Origin: Companilactobacillus musae
Lineage (GTDB): Bacteria > Bacillota > Bacilli > Lactobacillales > Lactobacillaceae
Assembly (NCBI RefSeq): GCF_003967595.1
Contig: NZ_BIFW01000003.1
Span: forward strand, 52,468 to 76,467
Direction: 5' to 3'
DNA length: 24,000 bases
In this document: positions 8,496-15,468 of the stretch, piece after piece
How positions within the stretch are numbered: the first letter of the stretch is position 1
Layout: each line of letters opens with the position of its first letter
Made by a program: the position numbers and the translations under genes
Notes under the pieces: model-generated
The model's database searches: none
What the model was told of the DNA's origin: nothing
Seen by the model: the letters and a program-made list of their open reading frames with translations, nothing else

Positions 8496-9608
8496 TTACT
8501 TTCCTCCAATTGAATATTCATTACCGGCAATAACCGAATAAATAGGTTTGATTAGCGTATCTGTCTTTCTTTGATTTCCATTTGAATCCGTTAAGACTTT
8601 TTCACCTTTTTCAACATTGAAAATTGTTAGATCTCCATCGTATCCTAAACGTAGAGAACCTTTGCTTTGTAAGTTGAAATTATCAACTGGAGCCCAAGTT
8701 ACCATTCTAATTACTTCTGGTAGTGAGTAGCCAATCAACAACATCTTTTCCAAAGTCGTTGCCATATCATAAACGGGACCATTGGCCCTATTTCTATGAT
8801 AAATATCGGTACTTACTGACTTAGGAATCAAGCCTTCATCACGTGCAATTTCTCCAGTTCTGAAGTTAAAACTGTCTGTTCCATGGCCAACATCAAAAAT
8901 CACACCACGATCATAAGCATCGAGTACGAAGTCCTTAATATGACCAGTCTTATCTAACATTCCATTAGGTTTTCCATTATAGGCATGTGTTAAGATATCG
9001 TCTCTAGACATTGAGTTTAAGACATCTTTTAATTCTGGGGGATTAGCTCCAACGTGAACCATAATTGGTAAATTAAGTTGTGCCTGAAATCTTTTAGCTT
9101 CCAATAGTGGTTTAACATCGTTATCAACAACTACTGAATGACTCTCTCTTACCTTAATACCAACAATGAAATCTTGTAATTCCTTCACTGCATCATAAAG
9201 AGGAGCTTTTTGAATTCTAGTAATATCGCCTAACTCATCCTGAGCCAAAATACCAGTCTTAGAAATATTAATCATTGCTAAAACATTAGTTTTCTTATCA
9301 CGAGTAATCTTATAAAAATCGCGAATATTGTCTGCACCAGTTGAACCAGCATCAATAACCGTTGTTACCCCAGTTAAATAACCATCTTTATCGGGATCAT
9401 CATAATAGAGACTTAGCTTTTCATAAGAATGTACATGATCATCAATCCATCCTGGAGTTACATATGATTCATGATGTAAATCAATCGTCTTTTTAGCAGT
9501 TATTCCCTCTAATTTTTCTCCGACTGCCGTAATTTTTCCATTTGTAATTGCAATTTCAATTGGTTGATTACGTTCTGTTTTACCATTCTTGATATATAAA
9601 TCTTCCAT
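8496..9608 (-). CDS. Amidohydrolase-superfamily metallo-hydrolase (deacetylase/deacylase-like)
   Basis: 370 aa. N-terminal beta-sandwich (IKNGK...ITAVG), HxH metal motif (WIDDHVHS), and later MVHVG, HAYNG and FDVGHG metal/substrate blocks typical of the amidohydrolase TIM-barrel superfamily. Confidence 0.8.
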   Translation of the reverse strand: MEDLYIKNGKTERNQPIEIAITNGKITAVGEKLEGITAKKTIDLHHESYVTPGWIDDHVHSYEKLSLYYDDPDKDGYLTGVTTVIDAGSTGADNIRDFYKITRDKKTNVLAMINISKTGILAQDELGDITRIQKAPLYDAVKELQDFIVGIKVRESHSVVVDNDVKPLLEAKRFQAQLNLPIMVHVGANPPELKDVLNSMSRDDILTHAYNGKPNGMLDKTGHIKDFVLDAYDRGVIFDVGHGTDSFNFRTGEIARDEGLIPKSVSTDIYHRNRANGPVYDMATTLEKMLLIGYSLPEVIRMVTWAPVDNFNLQSKGSLRLGYDGDLTIFNVEKGEKVLTDSNGNQRKTDTLIKPIYSVIAGNEYSIGGK

Positions 9609-9660
9609 TATAATTACACCTCAAATTTTTAAATATAAATTATTTCATTATTATTGGTAA

Positions 9661-10323
9661 TTAAACTGCAATTGGGAAGAAGAAGCCGAAAAGCATTGCA
9701 CCTAAGATTGCACCACCTGGCAATGGTTTCTTCCAAGCATAGAATATAGCAGCTCCGGCAGTTGCACCGATACCAATTGGAATTGATGCTGAAATGGCAC
9801 TCAAGATGATCAATGGTCCTAAGAAACGACCAGTTTCATTACCAGCACCCATCATAACGTCAGCTCCAAAAGTTGCATTTGACTGTCCAACCGTATACTT
9901 ACGAACAAAGAAAATTATCAAACCGATAATAATTCCAATCACTAATCCTGTAAGTAAAGCTAGTGGAAAGTTTTTAACAGGGGCAGTTAGTCCCATACTT
10001 AACATAATTGCTGGAATACCAATTCCAACACCAGTTAAAATCGAACCACCTAAATCCAAGATACCTACAAGTGAACCTTCCAAAACACGAGCAAATAAGA
10101 AACTTGCACCAAATGCTGCGGCAGGTCCAAATGACTTACCAGTTAATCCAGCCTTCAACATGGCTACAATAGCAACTTCATTAAAGGCACCCACTCCATA
10201 ATTTACATACATTGATGTTCCGGCAAAAACACCCATGGACATTAATCCGACAATAATAGGAAATGACCAATCTGCGTACCAGAAACTTTTTGCATGTTCT
10301 AGATCTTTCAAATCATCTTGCAT
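9661..10323 (-). CDS. Glycine-rich polytopic membrane protein, DUF4310-like
   Basis: 220 aa, almost entirely hydrophobic and Gly/Ala-rich segments (about 6 predicted by eye). RBS AAAGGAGGAA. The family name is from memory of this conserved gene neighbourhood. Confidence 0.65.
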   Translation of the reverse strand: MQDDLKDLEHAKSFWYADWSFPIIVGLMSMGVFAGTSMYVNYGVGAFNEVAIVAMLKAGLTGKSFGPAAAFGASFLFARVLEGSLVGILDLGGSILTGVGIGIPAIMLSMGLTAPVKNFPLALLTGLVIGIIIGLIIFFVRKYTVGQSNATFGADVMMGAGNETGRFLGPLIILSAISASIPIGIGATAGAAIFYAWKKPLPGGAILGAMLFGFFFPIAV

Positions 10324-10342
10324 GAGTTATTTCCTCCTTTAA

Positions 10343-11122
10343 TTATTTTGGTGTCACTACTGAATGCATATTGTTCAACCATGTTGGAATTCCGACTTTA
10401 AACGCCTTCAACATGTTGATATCGAATCCTCTGAAGAAACCACTCAAAACAAACAATGCTATTGTGGCGATAAGAATGATTCTTGTAATTCTCGTCCAAC
10501 CTAATTCATCGACACCTTTACCAACTAAAATTCCTAAAACAACACCAGGAACTGCATTGCCCATTATTAAAGCGGCTACACCGCCAAATACTGTTCCAAA
10601 CAATCCAGAACGACGACCAGCATCAATGGCAGCTAACCAGAAAAGAATAGGCATAACCATATTGATCAATGTATCTGCGGCTGGAACCAAAACTTTAACC
10701 GCTGTAACTTGTAACGATGCGGGAATTGATGCTGAAGTTACATTTAAAAACGGAACCAAGACTGCACCAATAATTCCACTAACAATACCCATCTTTTTAG
10801 GATTGTGGACTGTTTCCGCAACGTTTTTATTTTTTAATAAAAGAATACTTGCCGCCCAGTTTGGAATAACACGATGAGTTATATCCTGTGTAAAAGCACC
10901 AGCACCAACTGTTGATGCCCATGCATTGAAGAAGAAACCTAATCCAAATGAAAAGTGAGAAGCTGGATCGCCTTCTGCGGCATTCATTTCTCCAAGCGTT
11001 CTAAATGCACCTAGAGCTTGAACTGTTGGTGCATTGAACATACGAGCAGCACCAACACCGGCAGCAAATCCAACAGCAAGTCCAACAATTATGGACTCAA
11101 TTAAGATTGTTAATATTTGCAT
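10343..11122 (-). CDS. Polytopic membrane protein, DUF4311-like
   Basis: 259 aa with multiple hydrophobic segments. Its ATG overlaps the stop of the upstream gene (TAATG at 11120-11124), implying translational coupling. Confidence 0.65.
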   Translation of the reverse strand: MQILTILIESIIVGLAVGFAAGVGAARMFNAPTVQALGAFRTLGEMNAAEGDPASHFSFGLGFFFNAWASTVGAGAFTQDITHRVIPNWAASILLLKNKNVAETVHNPKKMGIVSGIIGAVLVPFLNVTSASIPASLQVTAVKVLVPAADTLINMVMPILFWLAAIDAGRRSGLFGTVFGGVAALIMGNAVPGVVLGILVGKGVDELGWTRITRIILIATIALFVLSGFFRGFDINMLKAFKVGIPTWLNNMHSVVTPK

Positions 11123-11493
11123 TATTTATCGCCCCTTAATAATTTCGTGAAATCAGGTATATTTATATGATCTGGTGACGGTATTTCATTATCAATAAAA
11201 TTAATATCAGACAATTTAACAGCATTTAATTCAACATCTACATCCAGAGTTAATTTGTAATTAACTCTGGTTCTCTTAAAGAAGAAGAACAGAAACTTTT
11301 CTTGATAAGAGACTCTTTCTGCATAAAGTACTCTGACTTCCTTAGGAATTATTTGTAAGGTTACTTGAGATTCATCTTTAATAACTTCATTACGAATATT
11401 ATTTAAAGCACTGGCAAACGCACGCTGCCTAGTTTCGCCATCACCAGAGACACGAACTGTTTTCACAAATTTTTTATTCAACTCTGAACTCAT
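11122..11493 (-). CDS. Small soluble protein, DUF4312-like
   Basis: I call the start at the ATG at 11493 (MSSELNKKF...), which lies 8 nt after GGAGGG. The 146-aa track ORF begins inside the upstream gene. No transmembrane segment, and alternating beta-type sequence. Confidence 0.6.
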   Translation of the reverse strand: MSSELNKKFVKTVRVSGDGETRQRAFASALNNIRNEVIKDESQVTLQIIPKEVRVLYAERVSYQEKFLFFFFKRTRVNYKLTLDVDVELNAVKLSDINFIDNEIPSPDHINIPDFTKLLRGDK

Positions 11494-11524
11494 TTCTTTC
11501 ACCCTCCAAATTAAAGCTCTATCT

Positions 11525-11887
11525 TTATGCCTTGTCAGGATATTGTTTTGCAAAAGTTTCAAGTAACTTCTTGCCTAATTCTTCCTTATCCATAAATCCA
11601 AATCCAAGAACTGTTTTTCCTTCTTGAATAGCTGTGATGCCTTCTTGAATTGATCTCATACCATGTCTTTCAGGATATCCATATTGTGTATTAGCGGTAA
11701 TAGCACCTGCACCGCCTGAACCACAGAATGAAATTCCCATATCGGCATTCTCATCATGCATAACTTTTCCTAGACGCATATCGGCTCCCATTCCTGGAAC
11801 AACAATTGCTTGCCCACCTGCATCTTCAATTCCTTTAGCAACTTTTTGGCCTTTACCCATTCTGTCTGCAATAACAACTTTAATCAT
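11525..11887 (-). CDS. Glycine-rich SFCGS-motif protein (DUF2620 / E. coli YhfU-like)
   Basis: 120 aa, with MIKVVIAD... at the N-terminus and GISFCGSGGAGAITANTQ in the middle. RBS AGGAGGA. Confidence 0.7.
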   Translation of the reverse strand: MIKVVIADRMGKGQKVAKGIEDAGGQAIVVPGMGADMRLGKVMHDENADMGISFCGSGGAGAITANTQYGYPERHGMRSIQEGITAIQEGKTVLGFGFMDKEELGKKLLETFAKQYPDKA

Positions 11888-11899
11888 AATAAATTCCTC

Positions 11900-12244
11900 C
11901 TAATTATTTTCTATAGCATTTTCAAAATGTATTGATAAAACAAATGGTTCTGATGGTGCTAAATTTCCGATTTTATTAGTAATATCTTTAGCAATGTTTA
12001 ACGCCGTATCAGACACTCCGCTGAATAATGATTCATCAACTGGATCTAATGATTGATTATCTTTTGATCTCATTACCATCTCTCCTAAGTGATTTGCCAA
12101 TACAGTCAATTGGAGATCAGTTAGATTCAAGTGATTCGTCGTGAGTTCTTTCATTGCAAATTTAAAAATACTGTATGTTTCATCCGGATATTTTGATTCT
12201 TTAATAATTTTGGCTATCTCGGGAATATCCCATTTATTTTGCAT
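11900..12244 (-). CDS. Stand-alone PRD-domain protein (E. coli YhfY-like)
   Basis: I call the start at the ATG at 12244 (MQNKWDIPE...), preceded by AGGAGGGG at 8 nt. It overlaps the regulator's 3' end by 11 nt. Two PRD-type histidine contexts: LANHLGEMVMRS and LSIHFENA. Confidence 0.7.
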   Translation of the reverse strand: MQNKWDIPEIAKIIKESKYPDETYSIFKFAMKELTTNHLNLTDLQLTVLANHLGEMVMRSKDNQSLDPVDESLFSGVSDTALNIAKDITNKIGNLAPSEPFVLSIHFENAIENN

Positions 12245-14105
12245 CAACTTGACCCCTCCTAGTATCAGATAAATGTACATATTCTAATATTGCGTTTATT
12301 TCTGATTCATTAATATCTAATCCATACTGATTAAATGTTTCCTTTAATTGCTTCTTGATCACTTGATTCGATGCTTGAATATTGTTTGTATCTTTATATT
12401 GTTCATTGAATTTAATTCGATGTATTGCCATAAATATATGAAGCATTAAAGCATCTTTATATTCATCAGAAACCTTATATTTCAATAAATTCATAACATC
12501 CTCATAAATCGAAAACATTGTCATTATCATTTCTCGGGATAACTTTTTAAATGAAGCATTGTTTTCAATTTTTGTTATCGAAGAATCAGGTTCCTTTTTT
12601 AAAGTATCAGGATTAACTTTTAAGATATTCGCTACCTTATTTTTTATTTGCTCAATATCTTGGCTAGTAGGTAATGGACTAACTTGAATTAACGGTGCAT
12701 TCAGATCAGTTAAGTCGAAGATACTAATTACCAAATCCGGTTTAAGTTTGTTTATTTGCTTTTTTGCGGCAATGAGTGAAGTAAAACCAGCAATTTCAAT
12801 GTTCGGAATATTTTCTTCTATTTTTTGTTGTATCAGATTAGTAACACCTAAACCTGTTGAACAAACATAAACAACTCTCACTTTTCTTTGATTGTTATGA
12901 ATCCTTTGCTCTGAAACCATAAAATGCAAAGCTAAAAATGAAACGAAGGAATCATTTACTATTGTTGGACTTGAAGAAACCTCTTTGATACAAACCTTAT
13001 ACAAAGCATTGAATAAACCTGGATAATTTGTCTTGATATCTTTTACAAACGGATTATATTCATTGGTAAATTGATATTTGCTATTAAATTTGCTCATTAA
13101 GTGCGATAACAAACTATCGAATAATTGCTTATCTTCACTGAATGGCTGGTTAACTTCCTCGCTAACTTCATTGATAATCAACTTTGTTAGAGTTACCAAA
13201 TTATCATCTTGAGGAATCGTTTGACCACCGTTTATAACATATTGATATTCGTCTTGATACAATGGAAAATCATATTCATCAAACATTCGTTTAAAGAGCT
13301 GAAAATCAAAAGTATCAAGCTTAACATCATTAAAATTTATCTCTTGGTAACTGTTAATCGGTTTATTAATACTTAACCTAGCAATAGAGATAGCTAATCG
13401 ACAAGAAATAGTTAATATATCGTTATAATCTAATTCTGAATTATCTTTATCAATTAGCCTGCTAGCATGTGTCAAAACTCTTTTTAGGATATATTCAAAT
13501 TCATTATTGAGACCTAGCAATAATCCAGTAACCTCATTAGAATTTAATTGCAATAAGTGAATAACCGAGTATATATCAAATTTTGAGATCACATCTTGTA
13601 TTGAAGATTCCATATATGATCTAATTGAGATTTCGCTACCAGTTAAGGTATATCCATAAAAATCTTTATGCTTTAGATGTAAATCAAATGTCCGCAAATT
13701 TTCTTTTATTTTGTCCAAATCATTCAACATCGTACTTTCACTGACATTTAATTTATTTTGAAGCTGTTGTAAAGTAACAGTCTGGTCTGTCAATGAAAGT
13801 AAAAATACTATTTGTAGTATTCTTTTTTGTGGAGCTGGATAATACTCAAATCCCGTTTGACCAATTAATTGTTTCCTAATTTCTTGTCTCACAGTTAACT
13901 CATTTTTTAACCAAATGCCAACGTGAGGTTTAGTTTGAAAAACTTGATTATCTTCTTTAAACCATTCTTTCAAATCTTTTAAATCATATTTAATTGTTCT
14001 AACACTTACACCATATATATCCGAAAGCCTTTGAATAGTAATTGGATCATCCCGATTCAACAATAGATAGACTATTTTGATTTCCCTATCTGTTAATTGC
14101 ACCAT
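12234..14105 (-). CDS. PRD- and EIIB-domain transcriptional regulator (MtlR/LicR/ManR-like; usually auto-annotated as a BglG-family antiterminator)
   Basis: 623 aa. It has two N-terminal HTH/Mga-like modules (aa ~1-160) and PRD-like regions containing LLSHLMS and LALHFMVSEQR. An EIIB(Gat)-like module follows with VRVVYVCSTGLGVTN (Cys415, codon 12861-12863). The ~100-aa C-terminal region carries LMLHIFMAIHRIKFNEQ. RBS GGAGG. Confidence 0.8.
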   Translation of the reverse strand: MVQLTDREIKIVYLLLNRDDPITIQRLSDIYGVSVRTIKYDLKDLKEWFKEDNQVFQTKPHVGIWLKNELTVRQEIRKQLIGQTGFEYYPAPQKRILQIVFLLSLTDQTVTLQQLQNKLNVSESTMLNDLDKIKENLRTFDLHLKHKDFYGYTLTGSEISIRSYMESSIQDVISKFDIYSVIHLLQLNSNEVTGLLLGLNNEFEYILKRVLTHASRLIDKDNSELDYNDILTISCRLAISIARLSINKPINSYQEINFNDVKLDTFDFQLFKRMFDEYDFPLYQDEYQYVINGGQTIPQDDNLVTLTKLIINEVSEEVNQPFSEDKQLFDSLLSHLMSKFNSKYQFTNEYNPFVKDIKTNYPGLFNALYKVCIKEVSSSPTIVNDSFVSFLALHFMVSEQRIHNNQRKVRVVYVCSTGLGVTNLIQQKIEENIPNIEIAGFTSLIAAKKQINKLKPDLVISIFDLTDLNAPLIQVSPLPTSQDIEQIKNKVANILKVNPDTLKKEPDSSITKIENNASFKKLSREMIMTMFSIYEDVMNLLKYKVSDEYKDALMLHIFMAIHRIKFNEQYKDTNNIQASNQVIKKQLKETFNQYGLDINESEINAILEYVHLSDTRRGQVDAK

Positions 14106-14152
14106 TTACACCTCCAATCAGCTTTTCTATTTATCCCCTGCTTTCACAACAA

Positions 14153-14181
14153 ACTATAAAGCGCTTACAAAAATTCCACAA
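14153..14181 (-). promoter_or_regulatory. Candidate proximal sigma-A promoter (P1) of the nine-gene operon
   Basis: On the minus strand: TTGTGG (14181-14176), 17-bp spacer, TATAGT (14158-14153), about 45 nt upstream of the regulator ATG. Confidence 0.4.
14156..14170. promoter_or_regulatory. cre-like (CcpA) site inside the P1 spacer
   Basis: The minus strand reads TTGTAAGCGCTTTAT, one mismatch to WTGNAANCGNWNNCW. Confidence 0.45.
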
Positions 14182-14282
14182 CACCTAATGTATGCACCAT
14201 AAATAGTGCAATTGATATATTTATAAAAACCAATTGGGTAATTAGCTCACCTATAAGTCTATGAAATCTACTAGAAAGTAGT

Positions 14283-14311
14283 TATATAGAGAAAATACAG
14301 GTATAGACCAA
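14283..14311 (-). promoter_or_regulatory. Candidate distal sigma-A promoter (P2)
   Basis: On the minus strand: TTGGTC (14311-14306), 17-bp spacer, TATATA (14288-14283). It would give a leader of about 170 nt. Confidence 0.3.
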
Positions 14312-14329
14312 TTTTTATATTTCATAAAA

Positions 14330-14401
14330 GGTAATTTAAATATAAAAATATTTTTTTGCAGGTAATTATTAAACACTTAATAAAAAAAACGTGTGGTAAT
14401 A
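14330..14401. repeat. Phased GGTAAT(T/A) direct repeats upstream of P2; candidate activator binding sites
   Basis: GGTAATT at 14330-14336 and 14361-14367, and GGTAATA at 14395-14401 (spacing 31 and 34 bp). A fourth GGTAATT lies at 14237-14243. A G-containing heptamer recurring this often in ~370 bp of AT-rich spacer is unexpected. Confidence 0.35.
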
Positions 14402-14435
14402 TTATTGTAAAAAATTTATTATTCTTAAAAACACA

Positions 14436-14474
14436 TAAAAACACCCATATCGTTGAGAATATGGGTGTTTTTTG
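14436..14474 (-). terminator. Rho-independent terminator of glpK-glpO-apbE (structure is bidirectional)
   Basis: 10-bp perfect stem ACACCCATAT (14441-14450) / ATATGGGTGT (14459-14468) with an 8-nt loop. T-runs flank it on both strands. It starts directly after the apbE stop. Confidence 0.8.
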
Positions 14475-14475
14475 A

Positions 14476-15423
14476 TCAATCCAATTTAAAAGAATGATCA
14501 GTAAGCGTAAATCTGTTTTTTATATTATCCGTTAAACGAATCGTTCTATCTTTGTAAACAAAAATCAAACCTATAGAATCATTATCTAATAATTCCAAAG
14601 TACCTTCATAATCATTATAAAATCCTAAGCTAGACCAAATCTCGCCATCGATTGATCTCGGACTTACAACCGTGACACCCACTAAATCAGTTTTTACTGG
14701 ATATCCCGTCTTAGGGTCCATAATGTGATGGTAACTGTGACCTTTCTTATTTAAAAATCTTTCATAAATACCAGAGGTCACAATTGAATAATCTTGTGTT
14801 TTTAAGACTCCTAAATAATCATCTCTTGTATCAAAGGGCGACTGAACGCCTACGTTCCAAAAGCCACTCTCATGCGTGCTCTGGCCTACCAGAAGAACGT
14901 TTCCCCCTAGGTCAATAATTCCTTGATCGACTCCGGTTTCCAGCCATAGTTCCTTGATTGCATCAGCAATATATCCCTTGGCTATTCCACCTAAATCAAG
15001 CTCCATTCCTTCATCTAATAAGTAAACTGACCGATCTTTATCATTTAACATAATACGTCCAGGATTAGTCAATTTTAAACGATGAGCAATTTGCTTATCA
15101 CTCGGAACTTCCGCATCGGAAAATCCTATGTGCCAAAGTTTTACTAAGGGTCCAATAGCTGCGTTAAAGCCATGATTTTCTTGACTAACCCGTACCGCTT
15201 CCTTAACTAGATCATAACTAATCTTAGAAACAGGCACTGCATACTTTCCAGAAGCATGATTGATCGACATAATTTCTGACTCTGTCCGATTGACGGTCAA
15301 TAAGTCTTCACAGTATTGAACCAATTCATAGGCTTTATCAAGAGCTGGTACTTGCCCTTCTTGAAAAACAGTCAATTTAATCTCTGTACCTAATGCATGA
15401 TAGACCTTAGTAAAATTCGACAT
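14476..15423 (-). CDS. apbE: FAD:protein FMN transferase (ApbE family) without signal peptide or lipobox
   Basis: 315 aa. ApbE blocks ALGTEIKLTV, DLGGIAKGY, TSG.YER and HHIMDPKTGYP. The N-terminus MSNFTKVYHALGT has no hydrophobic leader and no Cys. Confidence 0.85.
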   Translation of the reverse strand: MSNFTKVYHALGTEIKLTVFQEGQVPALDKAYELVQYCEDLLTVNRTESEIMSINHASGKYAVPVSKISYDLVKEAVRVSQENHGFNAAIGPLVKLWHIGFSDAEVPSDKQIAHRLKLTNPGRIMLNDKDRSVYLLDEGMELDLGGIAKGYIADAIKELWLETGVDQGIIDLGGNVLLVGQSTHESGFWNVGVQSPFDTRDDYLGVLKTQDYSIVTSGIYERFLNKKGHSYHHIMDPKTGYPVKTDLVGVTVVSPRSIDGEIWSSLGFYNDYEGTLELLDNDSIGLIFVYKDRTIRLTDNIKNRFTLTDHSFKLD

Positions 15424-15468
15424 AATACAACTCCCAATAACAAAATTTCTCAGAAGTTAATCAGTTTA

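Noticed and set aside
14301-14313. Exact 13-mer GTATAGACCAATT shared between the operon control region (14301-14313) and the hydrolase/LysR intergenic region (21461-21473)
   Set aside because: In 24 kb of AT-rich sequence compared on both strands, several exact 13-mer coincidences are expected by chance. The flanks do not extend the match. In the second location the embedded TTGGTC has no usable -10 at the right spacing.
14106-14475. Sigma-54 type -24/-12 promoter (TGGCAC-N5-TTGCW) upstream of the PRD regulator operon, as found for LevR-type PRD activators
   Set aside because: No match in the correct orientation; only TGGTGCATACATT-like fragments are present. The regulator has no AAA+ sigma-54 activation domain, so sigma-A promoters are more plausible.
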